DNA of 64,000 nt, from positions 798,170 to 862,169 of the forward strand of contig CP097973.1 of assembly GCA_023703655.1 (NCBI GenBank), written 5' to 3'. Position 1 is the first letter of the stretch, and each line of letters opens with the position of its first letter. Origin of the DNA: SAR86 cluster bacterium (GTDB lineage: Bacteria > Pseudomonadota > Gammaproteobacteria > Magnimaribacterales > D2472). Shown here one piece after another: positions 20,694-28,325 of the stretch. The notes under the pieces were generated by a model that searched no databases, was not told the DNA's origin, and saw only the letters and a program-made list of their open reading frames with translations. Position numbers and translations under genes: made by a program.

Positions 20694-22371
20694 TAATATT
20701 CCTGTAATAGTAAGTTATGGTGGAATAAATGCTGCAGGAAGATCTACATTTGATTTTGCCCACAAGAGAATGACATATGAAAGTCAATCTCAAGAAAATA
20801 AAAACGAAACTATATCATCACTAAGTCAACTAACAACTGAAATATCTGAGGAATTTAATCTGAAAAACTCCTTAATCAGGGAAATTGATAGTAAGTTTTT
20901 TGAGCAGCATTGCCTAAGAAGTCCTGAGTTACCCTCAAAGGCTGGTGGCCAACTTCCTACGAACTTTGATCCTGCCAAAACTTACAAATCAAGACAACAT
21001 CCAAGATCCCTTGCAATGAGTATTTTTGCAGCATCTGATGCATTAAAAGGAATAGGCATAGATTGGCAGAGCATAGTTCAAAAAGTTTCTCCAGAAAAAA
21101 TTTCATGTGTTTCAGGATGTGCTATTTCTACAGGAGATAAATTTGGTATGGGCGGACTCTTTCAAGCAAACCTTGTAGGCTCCAGAACTTCAAGTAAACA
21201 TTTAGCATTTTCACTGGGTGAGATGAGTGCGGACTTTGTGCATGCATATGTACTAGGTTCAATGGGTGCAACTGGTAATTACATGGGAGCTTGTGCCACA
21301 TTTCAGTACAACTTAAAAATAGGAATTGAACAGATTAAATCAGGTGATTCAAAAGTTTGTTTTGTAGGTGCATCTGAAAGCGGTCTTATACCAGAAGTGT
21401 ATGAGGGTTTCTCTGCAACTACTGGTCTAGCAGAAGAAAAAAATTCGCTGAATTTGCAAAGAAAACTTCAGGAGAGCAGCGATTATGTAAATTATAAAAA
21501 AATTTGTAGACCATTCGGAGAAAACGTGGGAATGTCATTGGGAGAGTCTGCGCAATTCATTGTGCTGATGGATGAAAATTTAGCAATTGAACTGGGATGC
21601 AATATTTATGGAGCAACACTATCGTCTCATGTAAATGCTGATGGTTTTAAAAAATCAATATCTGGGCCTGGAATTGGTAATTACATTACAGTAGGCAAAA
21701 CACTAAATGAAATAAGCAATAGTTTTGGAGAAGAAGGATTGAATTCAATGTTTGTTCATGCGCATGGAACCGGCACTCCACAAAATAGAGTAACTGAATC
21801 ACATATACTTTCTGAGTTATGCAACGTTTTTAATATCAATAACTTACCAGTTACAGGTATAAAATCATATCTAGGTCATTCTCTAGCTGCAGCTGGAGGT
21901 GATCAGGTTATTTCTTCAATTGGTACATTTAATGATAAATATATACCTGGCATAAAAACGATTCCTGAAGTTGCAGACAATGTTTATAAAAAAAATCTCA
22001 ATTTTTTATTGGAAGATGTTGAACTTGATAGAGATATTGATTTTGTTCTAGCCAATGCAAAAGGCTTTGGTGGTAATAATGGTACTGCACTGATTGCTTC
22101 TAAGAAGAAAATTGAGGAAATTCTTAAAAATAAATATGGTGAAAAAAAGATGCAAGCTTACAGAAAAAAGAATGAAGATATCAAAAGTAATCTAGAAGAT
22201 TTTAAAAGTGAGGTCGTCAGTTCGCCTCCCACTTCAATGTACAATTTTGGAAATGGGGTTGTGGACGGTGAATCGGATATAAGGTTTACGAAAAATAAAC
22301 TGCATATTAGTAAAATTAATGCTGAAATTAGTATAGAATCCGCATTAAATTATAAATTAGAAGATAAATAA
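20686..22371 (+). CDS. Large beta-ketoacyl synthase (KAS I/II fold, Cys-His-His triad); possibly FabY-like
   Basis: 561 aa. Active-site Cys in GACATFQY; His motifs [11 protein letters not shown] and [13 protein letters not shown]. Clearly longer than what I recall for FabB/FabF. ATG overlaps the folD stop by 8 nt. Confidence 0.8.
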   Translation: MSNNIPVIVSYGGINAAGRSTFDFAHKRMTYESQSQENKNETISSLSQLTTEISEEFNLKNSLIREIDSKFFEQHCLRSPELPSKAGGQLPTNFDPAKTYKSRQHPRSLAMSIFAASDALKGIGIDWQSIVQKVSPEKISCVSGCAISTGDKFGMGGLFQANLVGSRTSSKHLAFSLGEMSADFVHAYVLGSMGATGNYMGACATFQYNLKIGIEQIKSGDSKVCFVGASESGLIPEVYEGFSATTGLAEEKNSLNLQRKLQESSDYVNYKKICRPFGENVGMSLGESAQFIVLMDENLAIELGCNIYGATLSSHVNADGFKKSISGPGIGNYITVGKTLNEISNSFGEEGLNSMFVHAHGTGTPQNRVTESHILSELCNVFNINNLPVTGIKSYLGHSLAAAGGDQVISSIGTFNDKYIPGIKTIPEVADNVYKKNLNFLLEDVELDRDIDFVLANAKGFGGNNGTALIASKKKIEEILKNKYGEKKMQAYRKKNEDIKSNLEDFKSEVVSSPPTSMYNFGNGVVDGESDIRFTKNKLHISKINAEISIESALNYKLEDK

Positions 22372-22450
22372 GTTGATCAAGCTCACTTTATAATCAATTT
22401 ATTACTTGTAAGTTTGATAATTGAATCCGCGTAAGGAAGGAGAAAATTAT

Positions 22451-23122
22451 ATGGCTTTTGACAAAACAAAAACTGATCCTGCTCTCGGGCAAAAAGTACA
22501 TGAACATTTAGTCTCAGTTGGAGTAGAAACTCCAGTAATCGATAATGGTTTGTCACGAAAGGAAAAAATTGACAAGATCGAGAATAATTTTGAAGACATT
22601 GTTACAACACTTGGACTCGATCTGACAGATGACAGTATCACAGATACTCCAAAACGTGTTGCAAAAATGTATGTAAATGAAATTTTTTGGGGGCTTGATT
22701 ATGCTGCATTTCCCAAAGTTACCGTGGTGGAAAATAAAATGCAATATAATGAAATGATTGTTGAAAAAGGTGTCGCAGTTCAATCGTTTTGCGAGCATCA
22801 CTTGGTTAACATTGACGGATTGGCAACAGTTGCTTACATTCCAAATAATAAGGTTTTGGGATTATCAAAGATGAATCGGATTGTAGAGTATTTCTCCCGA
22901 AGGCCACAGATACAAGAGCGCCTAACCGAGCAGATATATCATGCATTATCTTTTATTTTAGAAACAGAGAATGTTGCATTAACCATTACTGCAAAACATT
23001 TTTGTGTAAAATCTAGAGGTGTTGAAGATACTGAATGCTCAACGGTTACAAGTAGATTGGGAGGTAATTTCAAAGAAAAACCTGCAGTCAGAGCGGAATT
23101 TTTATCTTTGATCAGCGGCTAG
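22451..23122 (+). CDS. folE: GTP cyclohydrolase I (FolE type 1)
   Basis: Motifs TPKRVAKMY, FCEHHL, QIQERLT and KHFCVKSRG. Start placed at ATG 22451, preceded by a strong SD aaggaaggag; the track's TTG at 22421 is less likely. Confidence 0.93.
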   Translation: MAFDKTKTDPALGQKVHEHLVSVGVETPVIDNGLSRKEKIDKIENNFEDIVTTLGLDLTDDSITDTPKRVAKMYVNEIFWGLDYAAFPKVTVVENKMQYNEMIVEKGVAVQSFCEHHLVNIDGLATVAYIPNNKVLGLSKMNRIVEYFSRRPQIQERLTEQIYHALSFILETENVALTITAKHFCVKSRGVEDTECSTVTSRLGGNFKEKPAVRAEFLSLISG

Positions 23123-23168
23123 CTTAGAGAAAGCTAAATCCTAGCTTACTTAACTATTGAAGTATTGC

Positions 23169-23525
23169 TTACTTACTAGTAGCCTTTTCTTCAGATACCT
23201 CAGTATTAACCTGCTCTGGTTCATCTAGCTCATCTTTACTATCAATCTGCGTATCAATATTGTCATCGAATGGAAATGGTTTTGCTTCAGTGTTGTATGT
23301 TAAAAAATCTAAAGTATCTTTAAAAAAAGAAATCAACCAGTCTGTAAGTTTTTTAACTTGTTCATTATGACTACCTGTTAACAAATGAAACAAAAACTGT
23401 ATAAAAATCAATATCAATGTGATCGGCAATACAGCAATGTTGAGAATGAATGCGTAGAAGGCCATAAAAATAAATCTTACCCATTTACTTCTTTTTAAAA
23501 GTTCTTCTGTATTAATGTCATTCAT
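23169..23525 (-). CDS. Small membrane protein (DUF4389-like), acidic C-terminal tail
   Basis: 118 aa with two hydrophobic helices (VRFIFMAFYAFILNIAVLPITLILIFIQFLFHLL). The family assignment is from memory only. Confidence 0.5.
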   Translation of the reverse strand: MNDINTEELLKRSKWVRFIFMAFYAFILNIAVLPITLILIFIQFLFHLLTGSHNEQVKKLTDWLISFFKDTLDFLTYNTEAKPFPFDDNIDTQIDSKDELDEPEQVNTEVSEEKATSK

Positions 23526-23527
23526 AA

Positions 23528-24556
23528 TTATTTAAATTTTACATCAAGTTGGTCTGGATGATTAATTAAATTTTCAAGAAGAGATTTCGGGTCTTCGTTT
23601 TGATATATGATTTTATAAAGTGATGAGAGTATTGGCATTGTTAAATCCGACTCGAGAGCTTCTTCATAGATAATTTTTAATGTATTAACTCCCTCTGCAA
23701 CCTGACCAATTTTCTGAGAGGCATCATCCAGAGATAACCCTTGAGCAATTTCAATCCCAACAGAAAAATTTCTGGATAACTTAGAGGTGCAAGTTGCAAT
23801 GAGATCGCCCATTCCAGCAAGCCCTAAAAATGTAATTGGTTTTGCTCCTTTGTGAACAGCAAACTGGCTAATTTCAGCCATTGCCCTTGAAATAATAAGT
23901 CCGTTAGCATTTTCACCAATATTTAATTGATGTCCAATACCGCAACCAATAGCATAAATGTTTTTTAAAGCTCCAGCATACTCTACACCCTTGATGTCAT
24001 TGCTTGAATAAAGCTTAAATATTTTTGACTCTAAAGCATTTATTACTAAATCTATTGAATGTTGAGATCTTGAGGCAATGACAGAACCAGCGACCTTTTC
24101 ATCTGCTATCTCACGGGCCAAGTTAGGTCCGCTCAAAACACCAAGCCTCTCTAAAGCTGTCCTATCAAAAAGTTGTTCTTTTATGTAATCAGTAATCGTT
24201 CTTGTTGGATTATTAACAATTCCTTTTGTGCAAGATATTAAAACTACACCCTCTTTAATATGCGGTTTGATTCGATCAATTACATTTTGGATAATCGAGC
24301 TAGGAGTTGCAATAAAAATTAAATCAGCATTACAAACACATTCTGATAAAACCTCAGATGCAAATATTTTTTTTGAAAGCTTAAGTTCTGGATGATATTC
24401 TCTATTCGCACTCTCAGAGTTAATCTTAAGTGCAAGCTCTGAGTCTCTGACCCATAGGTGAGTATCTAAACCATTTTTGGCAGAAAGATTGGCAAGAACA
24501 GTACCAAAACTGCCACCGCCTAAGACAGAAACATTGAATTTCTTATTCACTATCAA
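23528..24556 (-). CDS. gpsA: NAD(P)H-dependent glycerol-3-phosphate dehydrogenase GpsA
   Basis: 342 aa. Rossmann motif VLGGGSFGT; motifs GPNLAREIA and KNIYAIGCGI. Confidence 0.93.
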   Translation of the reverse strand: MIVNKKFNVSVLGGGSFGTVLANLSAKNGLDTHLWVRDSELALKINSESANREYHPELKLSKKIFASEVLSECVCNADLIFIATPSSIIQNVIDRIKPHIKEGVVLISCTKGIVNNPTRTITDYIKEQLFDRTALERLGVLSGPNLAREIADEKVAGSVIASRSQHSIDLVINALESKIFKLYSSNDIKGVEYAGALKNIYAIGCGIGHQLNIGENANGLIISRAMAEISQFAVHKGAKPITFLGLAGMGDLIATCTSKLSRNFSVGIEIAQGLSLDDASQKIGQVAEGVNTLKIIYEEALESDLTMPILSSLYKIIYQNEDPKSLLENLINHPDQLDVKFK

Positions 24557-26370
24557 AGAAGATATTTATCCAGTTGTCTTAGGTACTTAGAGGGATCTTT
24601 TGGAGAGCCACCTTCTGCAATAACTGCATAATCAAACAAAAATTTACAAAAATTAGAAAATTCTTTTCCTTTCATAGACTTAAGTTTTTTAATTAGCTTA
24701 TGTTTCAAGTTTATTTCAAAAAGTGGCTTTGACTCTGGAAGAGATTGACCAGCTGATTCAAGAATCTTTCTCATTTGAATACCTGGTTCAAATTTGGAAA
24801 TTACAAGCCTAACAGCAGAATCAACTAACCTTGAACTTGTTGCTACTTTTTCTATGTCAGCGCCAAGGACTTTTTCAATTCTCTTAATTAATTCAATGCT
24901 GTCTTTGTTGAGTGTCTCGGTATCAGGCTCCGAGTCAACATCAGTCTTTGCAACATTCACTAATTCATAACCCTTATATTCCGCAAGTGAAGTCATTAAC
25001 CATTCATCAATTCTATCTGTAAGCAGCAAGACTTCGGTGTTTGCTTTTTTAAGACTTTCGATATGTGGAGAATTAGCACAAGCTTCATAAGTTTCACCAA
25101 TACAGTAAAAAATCTTTTTATCATCACTCTTGCAAGATGCAATATAATCATCAAAAGACCTATTAATTTGGTTATTTTCATTGACTGTGCTTGAGAAAAT
25201 AAAAAGTTCAGCAATATCATCTTTGCTTGACGGTTCCTCGGCAGGTCCCTCTTTCAGAACAAGACCAAATTCATTCCAAAATTCAGAGTACTGACTTGGA
25301 TCATCTTTTTTGAGTTTTCTAAGTGAGTCAATCACTCTTTTAGTGAGCGCTGTTTTGATAGAGTGAACTAAGGGATGATCCTGAAGAATTTCTCTTGAGA
25401 CGTTCAAAGGTAGATCATTAGAATCAACTACACCCTTAACAAATCTTAAATAAAGAGGAAGAAAATGCGAGGCATCATCCATAATAAACACTCTTTGTAT
25501 ATAAAGTTTTAAGCCTTTTGGTGTATCTCTATTCCATATGTCAAATGGTGATTTTTTTGGAATGTATAACAAATTAGAGTATTCTTGTTTTCCCTCAACT
25601 TTGTTATGAATTGTTAGAAGTGGCTCATTGAAGTCATGACTTATGTATTTATAAAACTCATCATATTCATCCTTTTTAACTGATCGTTTTGATTTTAACC
25701 AAATTGCTTCATTATTATTGACTCTCTCTTCATCCTTATCACCTATTTGAACATTTATAGGAAAGTTAATGTATTCAGAATATTTATTGATTAGAAATCG
25801 AATTCTTGATTCGTCTATAAATTCCTCATTATCTTTATTTAGCTTTATAACAATTGATGTACCATGCTCTGAGTGATCTGATTTTTCAAGGGTGTAGCTT
25901 TCACCTCCATCGCTCTTCCAAAGCGTAGCACTAGAACTATCTACAGCTGATTTTGAGAGTACTTCAACTTTATCAGCCACCATAAATGATGAATAAAAAC
26001 CAACTCCAAATTGACCAATGAGTTGTGAGTCCTTCTTTTTATTACCTGTAAGTTTTTCTAGAAAAGAAGACGTTCCAGATTTTGCTATCGTACCAATATT
26101 TTCGATAAGTTCACTTTCTGACATACCTATTCCATTATCCCTGACAATGATGCACTTATTTTCTTTATCGACAATAATTTTTATTGACAGATCATCGAAC
26201 TTAATCTTTTTGTTTTGAAGTGACTCAAATCTTAATTTATCAAGAGCATCGGATGCATTTGAAATAAGCTCTCTAAGAAAAATCTCTTTATTTGAATAAA
26301 GAGAGTGAATCATCAGTTGTAGCAGCTTTTTGGTTTCAGTTTGAAACTGTCTAGTTTTCGGTTTGGCCAT
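24553..26370 (-). CDS. htpG: Molecular chaperone HtpG (Hsp90)
   Basis: 605 aa. N-terminal GHKL ATPase motifs (LLQLMIHSLYSNKEIFLRELISNASDALDK, GQFGVGFYS). Confidence 0.97.
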   Translation of the reverse strand: MAKPKTRQFQTETKKLLQLMIHSLYSNKEIFLRELISNASDALDKLRFESLQNKKIKFDDLSIKIIVDKENKCIIVRDNGIGMSESELIENIGTIAKSGTSSFLEKLTGNKKKDSQLIGQFGVGFYSSFMVADKVEVLSKSAVDSSSATLWKSDGGESYTLEKSDHSEHGTSIVIKLNKDNEEFIDESRIRFLINKYSEYINFPINVQIGDKDEERVNNNEAIWLKSKRSVKKDEYDEFYKYISHDFNEPLLTIHNKVEGKQEYSNLLYIPKKSPFDIWNRDTPKGLKLYIQRVFIMDDASHFLPLYLRFVKGVVDSNDLPLNVSREILQDHPLVHSIKTALTKRVIDSLRKLKKDDPSQYSEFWNEFGLVLKEGPAEEPSSKDDIAELFIFSSTVNENNQINRSFDDYIASCKSDDKKIFYCIGETYEACANSPHIESLKKANTEVLLLTDRIDEWLMTSLAEYKGYELVNVAKTDVDSEPDTETLNKDSIELIKRIEKVLGADIEKVATSSRLVDSAVRLVISKFEPGIQMRKILESAGQSLPESKPLFEINLKHKLIKKLKSMKGKEFSNFCKFLFDYAVIAEGGSPKDPSKYLRQLDKYLL

Positions 26371-26391
26371 GTTATGTTCTCCCAGTTCCTA

Positions 26392-26419
26392 ATATAGTGT
26401 CACAAATATCAACTTCAAC
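26392..26419 (-). promoter_or_regulatory. Candidate sigma32 (heat-shock) promoter of htpG
   Basis: The minus strand reads gTTGAAg-13 nt-CACTATAT, against my recollection of the consensus CTTGAAA-N(13-14)-CCCCATnT. It ends about 20 nt upstream of the htpG ATG. Confidence 0.45.
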
Positions 26420-26807
26420 TATTAAAAAAATAAACAATAGCGGTTATTGCAATTGCCAAAGTACAATAAACACTGAAACCATGTAAAAAACTAAAAACCT
26501 TTTGCCAATTCCTATCGCGTGCGGTATTAGTAAGTGGAATTAAAACTAGTCCAGCAAATGCATGCGAAGAATTTACTAAGTATAGATAATAATTGGTTGA
26601 ATTGGTCATATTGAACAGCTCGTTTATCAAGATTGGTATCGATAGCAAAAATAAAGCTAAATAATATCTTGGAAATATAGTTCTTAAAAATGAAGAGGCT
26701 TCCTCTTCTTTTAGCACCTTAAATATTATTGGAGTTGTTAAAAACAGATGAGTTACTATCACACCTATTTGTATTGCAGCAATTAAATACAAAATATCCA
26801 TAATCAT
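26415..26807 (-). CDS. Small polytopic membrane protein (DUF4149/TMEM205-like)
   Basis: About 130 aa with 4 predicted TM helices. Start placed at ATG 26807 (MIMDILYL); the ORF-track N-terminus to 26867 runs through tRNA-Asp. Confidence 0.5.
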   Translation of the reverse strand: MIMDILYLIAAIQIGVIVTHLFLTTPIIFKVLKEEEASSFLRTIFPRYYLALFLLSIPILINELFNMTNSTNYYLYLVNSSHAFAGLVLIPLTNTARDRNWQKVFSFLHGFSVYCTLAIAITAIVYFFNS

Positions 26808-26814
26808 AATTATC

Positions 26815-26891
26815 TGGCGGACCGGACGGGACTCGAACCCGCGACCTCCGGCGTGACAGGCCGGCATTCTAACCAGCTGAACTACCGGTCC
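26815..26891 (-). tRNA. tRNA-Asp (anticodon GUC)
   Basis: The reverse complement is GGACCGGTAGTTCAGCTGGTTAGAATGCCGGCCTGTCACGCCGGAGGTCGCGGGTTCGAGTCCCGTCCGGTCCGCCA. It is close to E. coli tRNA-Asp as I recall it. Anticodon loop is CCTGTCA; CCA is encoded. Confidence 0.93.
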
Positions 26892-27050
26892 ATGTAGACA
26901 TCGAATAATATCTATTTATAAAATTTGTGCAAGTTTAAATTTATATTGATTTCAAAAAAATTGCATTTTGAGCAATATTTTGCCATTCTAATGTTATCAA
27001 AACTTCTATAGGGGGAGTTTTGTAGTTTATAAACTATATAGGAGTAATCG

Positions 27051-27782
27051 ATGAAGTACTTATTAGCATTGGTCACTATGGTTAGTATGCCCGCATTTGC
27101 GGCAGATCTATCTACTAGTGATATGACTGGTATTACTTTTTGGCTTGTAACTGCTGCGATGTTAGCAGCTACAGTCTTTTTCTTCGCGGAAAGAGATGTG
27201 GTCAAAGGTAAGTGGAAAACTTCGCTATCAGTAGCTGGTTTAGTTACTGGTGTTGCGTTCTGGCATTATCTATATATGAGAGGTGTATGGGCTGATACTG
27301 GCACATCACCAACTGTATACAGATACATTGACTGGTTAATTACAGTTCCATTACAAATAATTGAATTTTATTTGATCCTAAGAGTTTGTACTAATGTAGG
27401 TTCTGGATTGTTCTGGAAACTTCTTGGTGCATCACTTGTAATGCTTATTGCAGGTTTCTTAGGAGAAATTGGATCTGCACCAGCATGGCCAGCATTTATT
27501 GTTGGGATGGTGGCTTGGTTGTATATCATATGGGAGGTATTTTCAGGTGAAGCTGGAAAACTTAATGCCTCAAGTGGTAATGCAGCCGCTCAAAGCGCTT
27601 TCAGCACAATCAGACTAATTGTGACTATTGGTTGGGCAATATACCCACTTGGTTACATATTAGGTGTTGGTAGCAATCCTGACATGGCAAACGCAAACAT
27701 AATTTATAACCTCGCTGATTTTATTAATAAAATTGCATTTGGGTTAGCTATTTATGTTGCTGCTGTTAGTGATTCAGAATAA
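27051..27782 (+). CDS. Proteorhodopsin (light-driven proton pump, DTE motif, Gln at spectral-tuning site 105, so blue-absorbing type)
   Basis: 243 aa, 7-TM opsin. In green-PR numbering, RYIDWLITVPLQIIEF gives D97, T101, Q105 and E108. H75 context AFWHYLYMRG; Schiff-base Lys in YNLADFINKIAFG (D227/K231). Signal-like N-terminus; SD aggag 6 nt upstream. Confidence 0.95.
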   Translation: MKYLLALVTMVSMPAFAADLSTSDMTGITFWLVTAAMLAATVFFFAERDVVKGKWKTSLSVAGLVTGVAFWHYLYMRGVWADTGTSPTVYRYIDWLITVPLQIIEFYLILRVCTNVGSGLFWKLLGASLVMLIAGFLGEIGSAPAWPAFIVGMVAWLYIIWEVFSGEAGKLNASSGNAAAQSAFSTIRLIVTIGWAIYPLGYILGVGSNPDMANANIIYNLADFINKIAFGLAIYVAAVSDSE

Positions 27783-27802
27783 GTAATAACTTACTTAAAG
27801 TT

Positions 27803-27829
27803 AGCCCGGCATTCGCCGGGCTTTTTTTT
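27803..27829 (+). terminator. Rho-independent terminator of the proteorhodopsin gene
   Basis: GC-rich 8-bp stem agcccggc/gccgggct with loop attc, followed by T8. The last T is the complement of the 3'-terminal A of tRNA-Val. Confidence 0.88.
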
Positions 27830-27905
27830 GGTGGGTGATGACAGGCTCGAACTGCCGACCCCCTCGGTGTAAACGAGATGCTCTACCAAACTGAGCTAAT
27901 CACCC
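27829..27905 (-). tRNA. tRNA-Val (anticodon UAC)
   Basis: The reverse complement GGGTGATTAGCTCAGTTTGGTAGAGCATCTCGTTTACACCGAGGGGGTCGGCAGTTCGAGCCTGTCATCACCCACCA folds as a cloverleaf. Anticodon loop is TTTACAC; CCA is encoded. Confidence 0.93.
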
Positions 27906-28312
27906 TGTGAACTTAAAAGTTGTTGCTCCATTGCTACGTAATCCCAGAAGGCACGTAATGATACTATTTTATCATCTGAATTCACACGATAAATAACAAT
28001 CATTTTTGTTTTTATCTCTGCACCATCGATCTTATTTGTAATGTTTGCGAAGTTTGCACATTCATCTCCACATGGTATTGATTCAACAATTTCAAAAACT
28101 AAATCACCATTTGCAATAACAGTATCGTAAAAGGCTTCAATAGCAACTTTGCCATTGTGACCTTTTCCAATCGGATCCAATGGACTTACTCCAATAGGAT
28201 CTTCAACTATTGCATCATCTGAAAATAATTCAAGCCAATTAGATTTCTGTTTATTCACTGCATATTTTCTTGATAAAAAACTTAGCTCTTGTGCTTTTGT
28301 TTTATATTCCAT
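27896..28312 (-). CDS. NTF2-fold protein (SnoaL / ketosteroid-isomerase-like)
   Basis: 138 aa. The pattern NWLELFSDDAIVEDPIG...FEIVESIPCGDE...IVIYRVNSDDKIVSLRAFWD is typical of SnoaL-like cone folds. The last 10 nt, including the TAG stop, overlap tRNA-Val. Confidence 0.65.
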   Translation of the reverse strand: MEYKTKAQELSFLSRKYAVNKQKSNWLELFSDDAIVEDPIGVSPLDPIGKGHNGKVAIEAFYDTVIANGDLVFEIVESIPCGDECANFANITNKIDGAEIKTKMIVIYRVNSDDKIVSLRAFWDYVAMEQQLLSSQGD

Positions 28313-28325
28313 TTATATTCTCCAT

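Noticed and set aside
22421-22450. TTG start for folE proposed by the ORF track (MNPRKEGENY...).
   Set aside because: The segment contains the strong SD aaggaaggag, positioned correctly for ATG 22451. The extension would translate the ribosome-binding site itself.
26912-27205. 97-aa minus-strand ORF spanning the proteorhodopsin promoter and N-terminus.
   Set aside because: It is antisense to the opsin signal peptide and first helix and extends across AT-rich intergenic DNA. It has no SD and an implausible composition, and the opposite-strand PR call is unambiguous.
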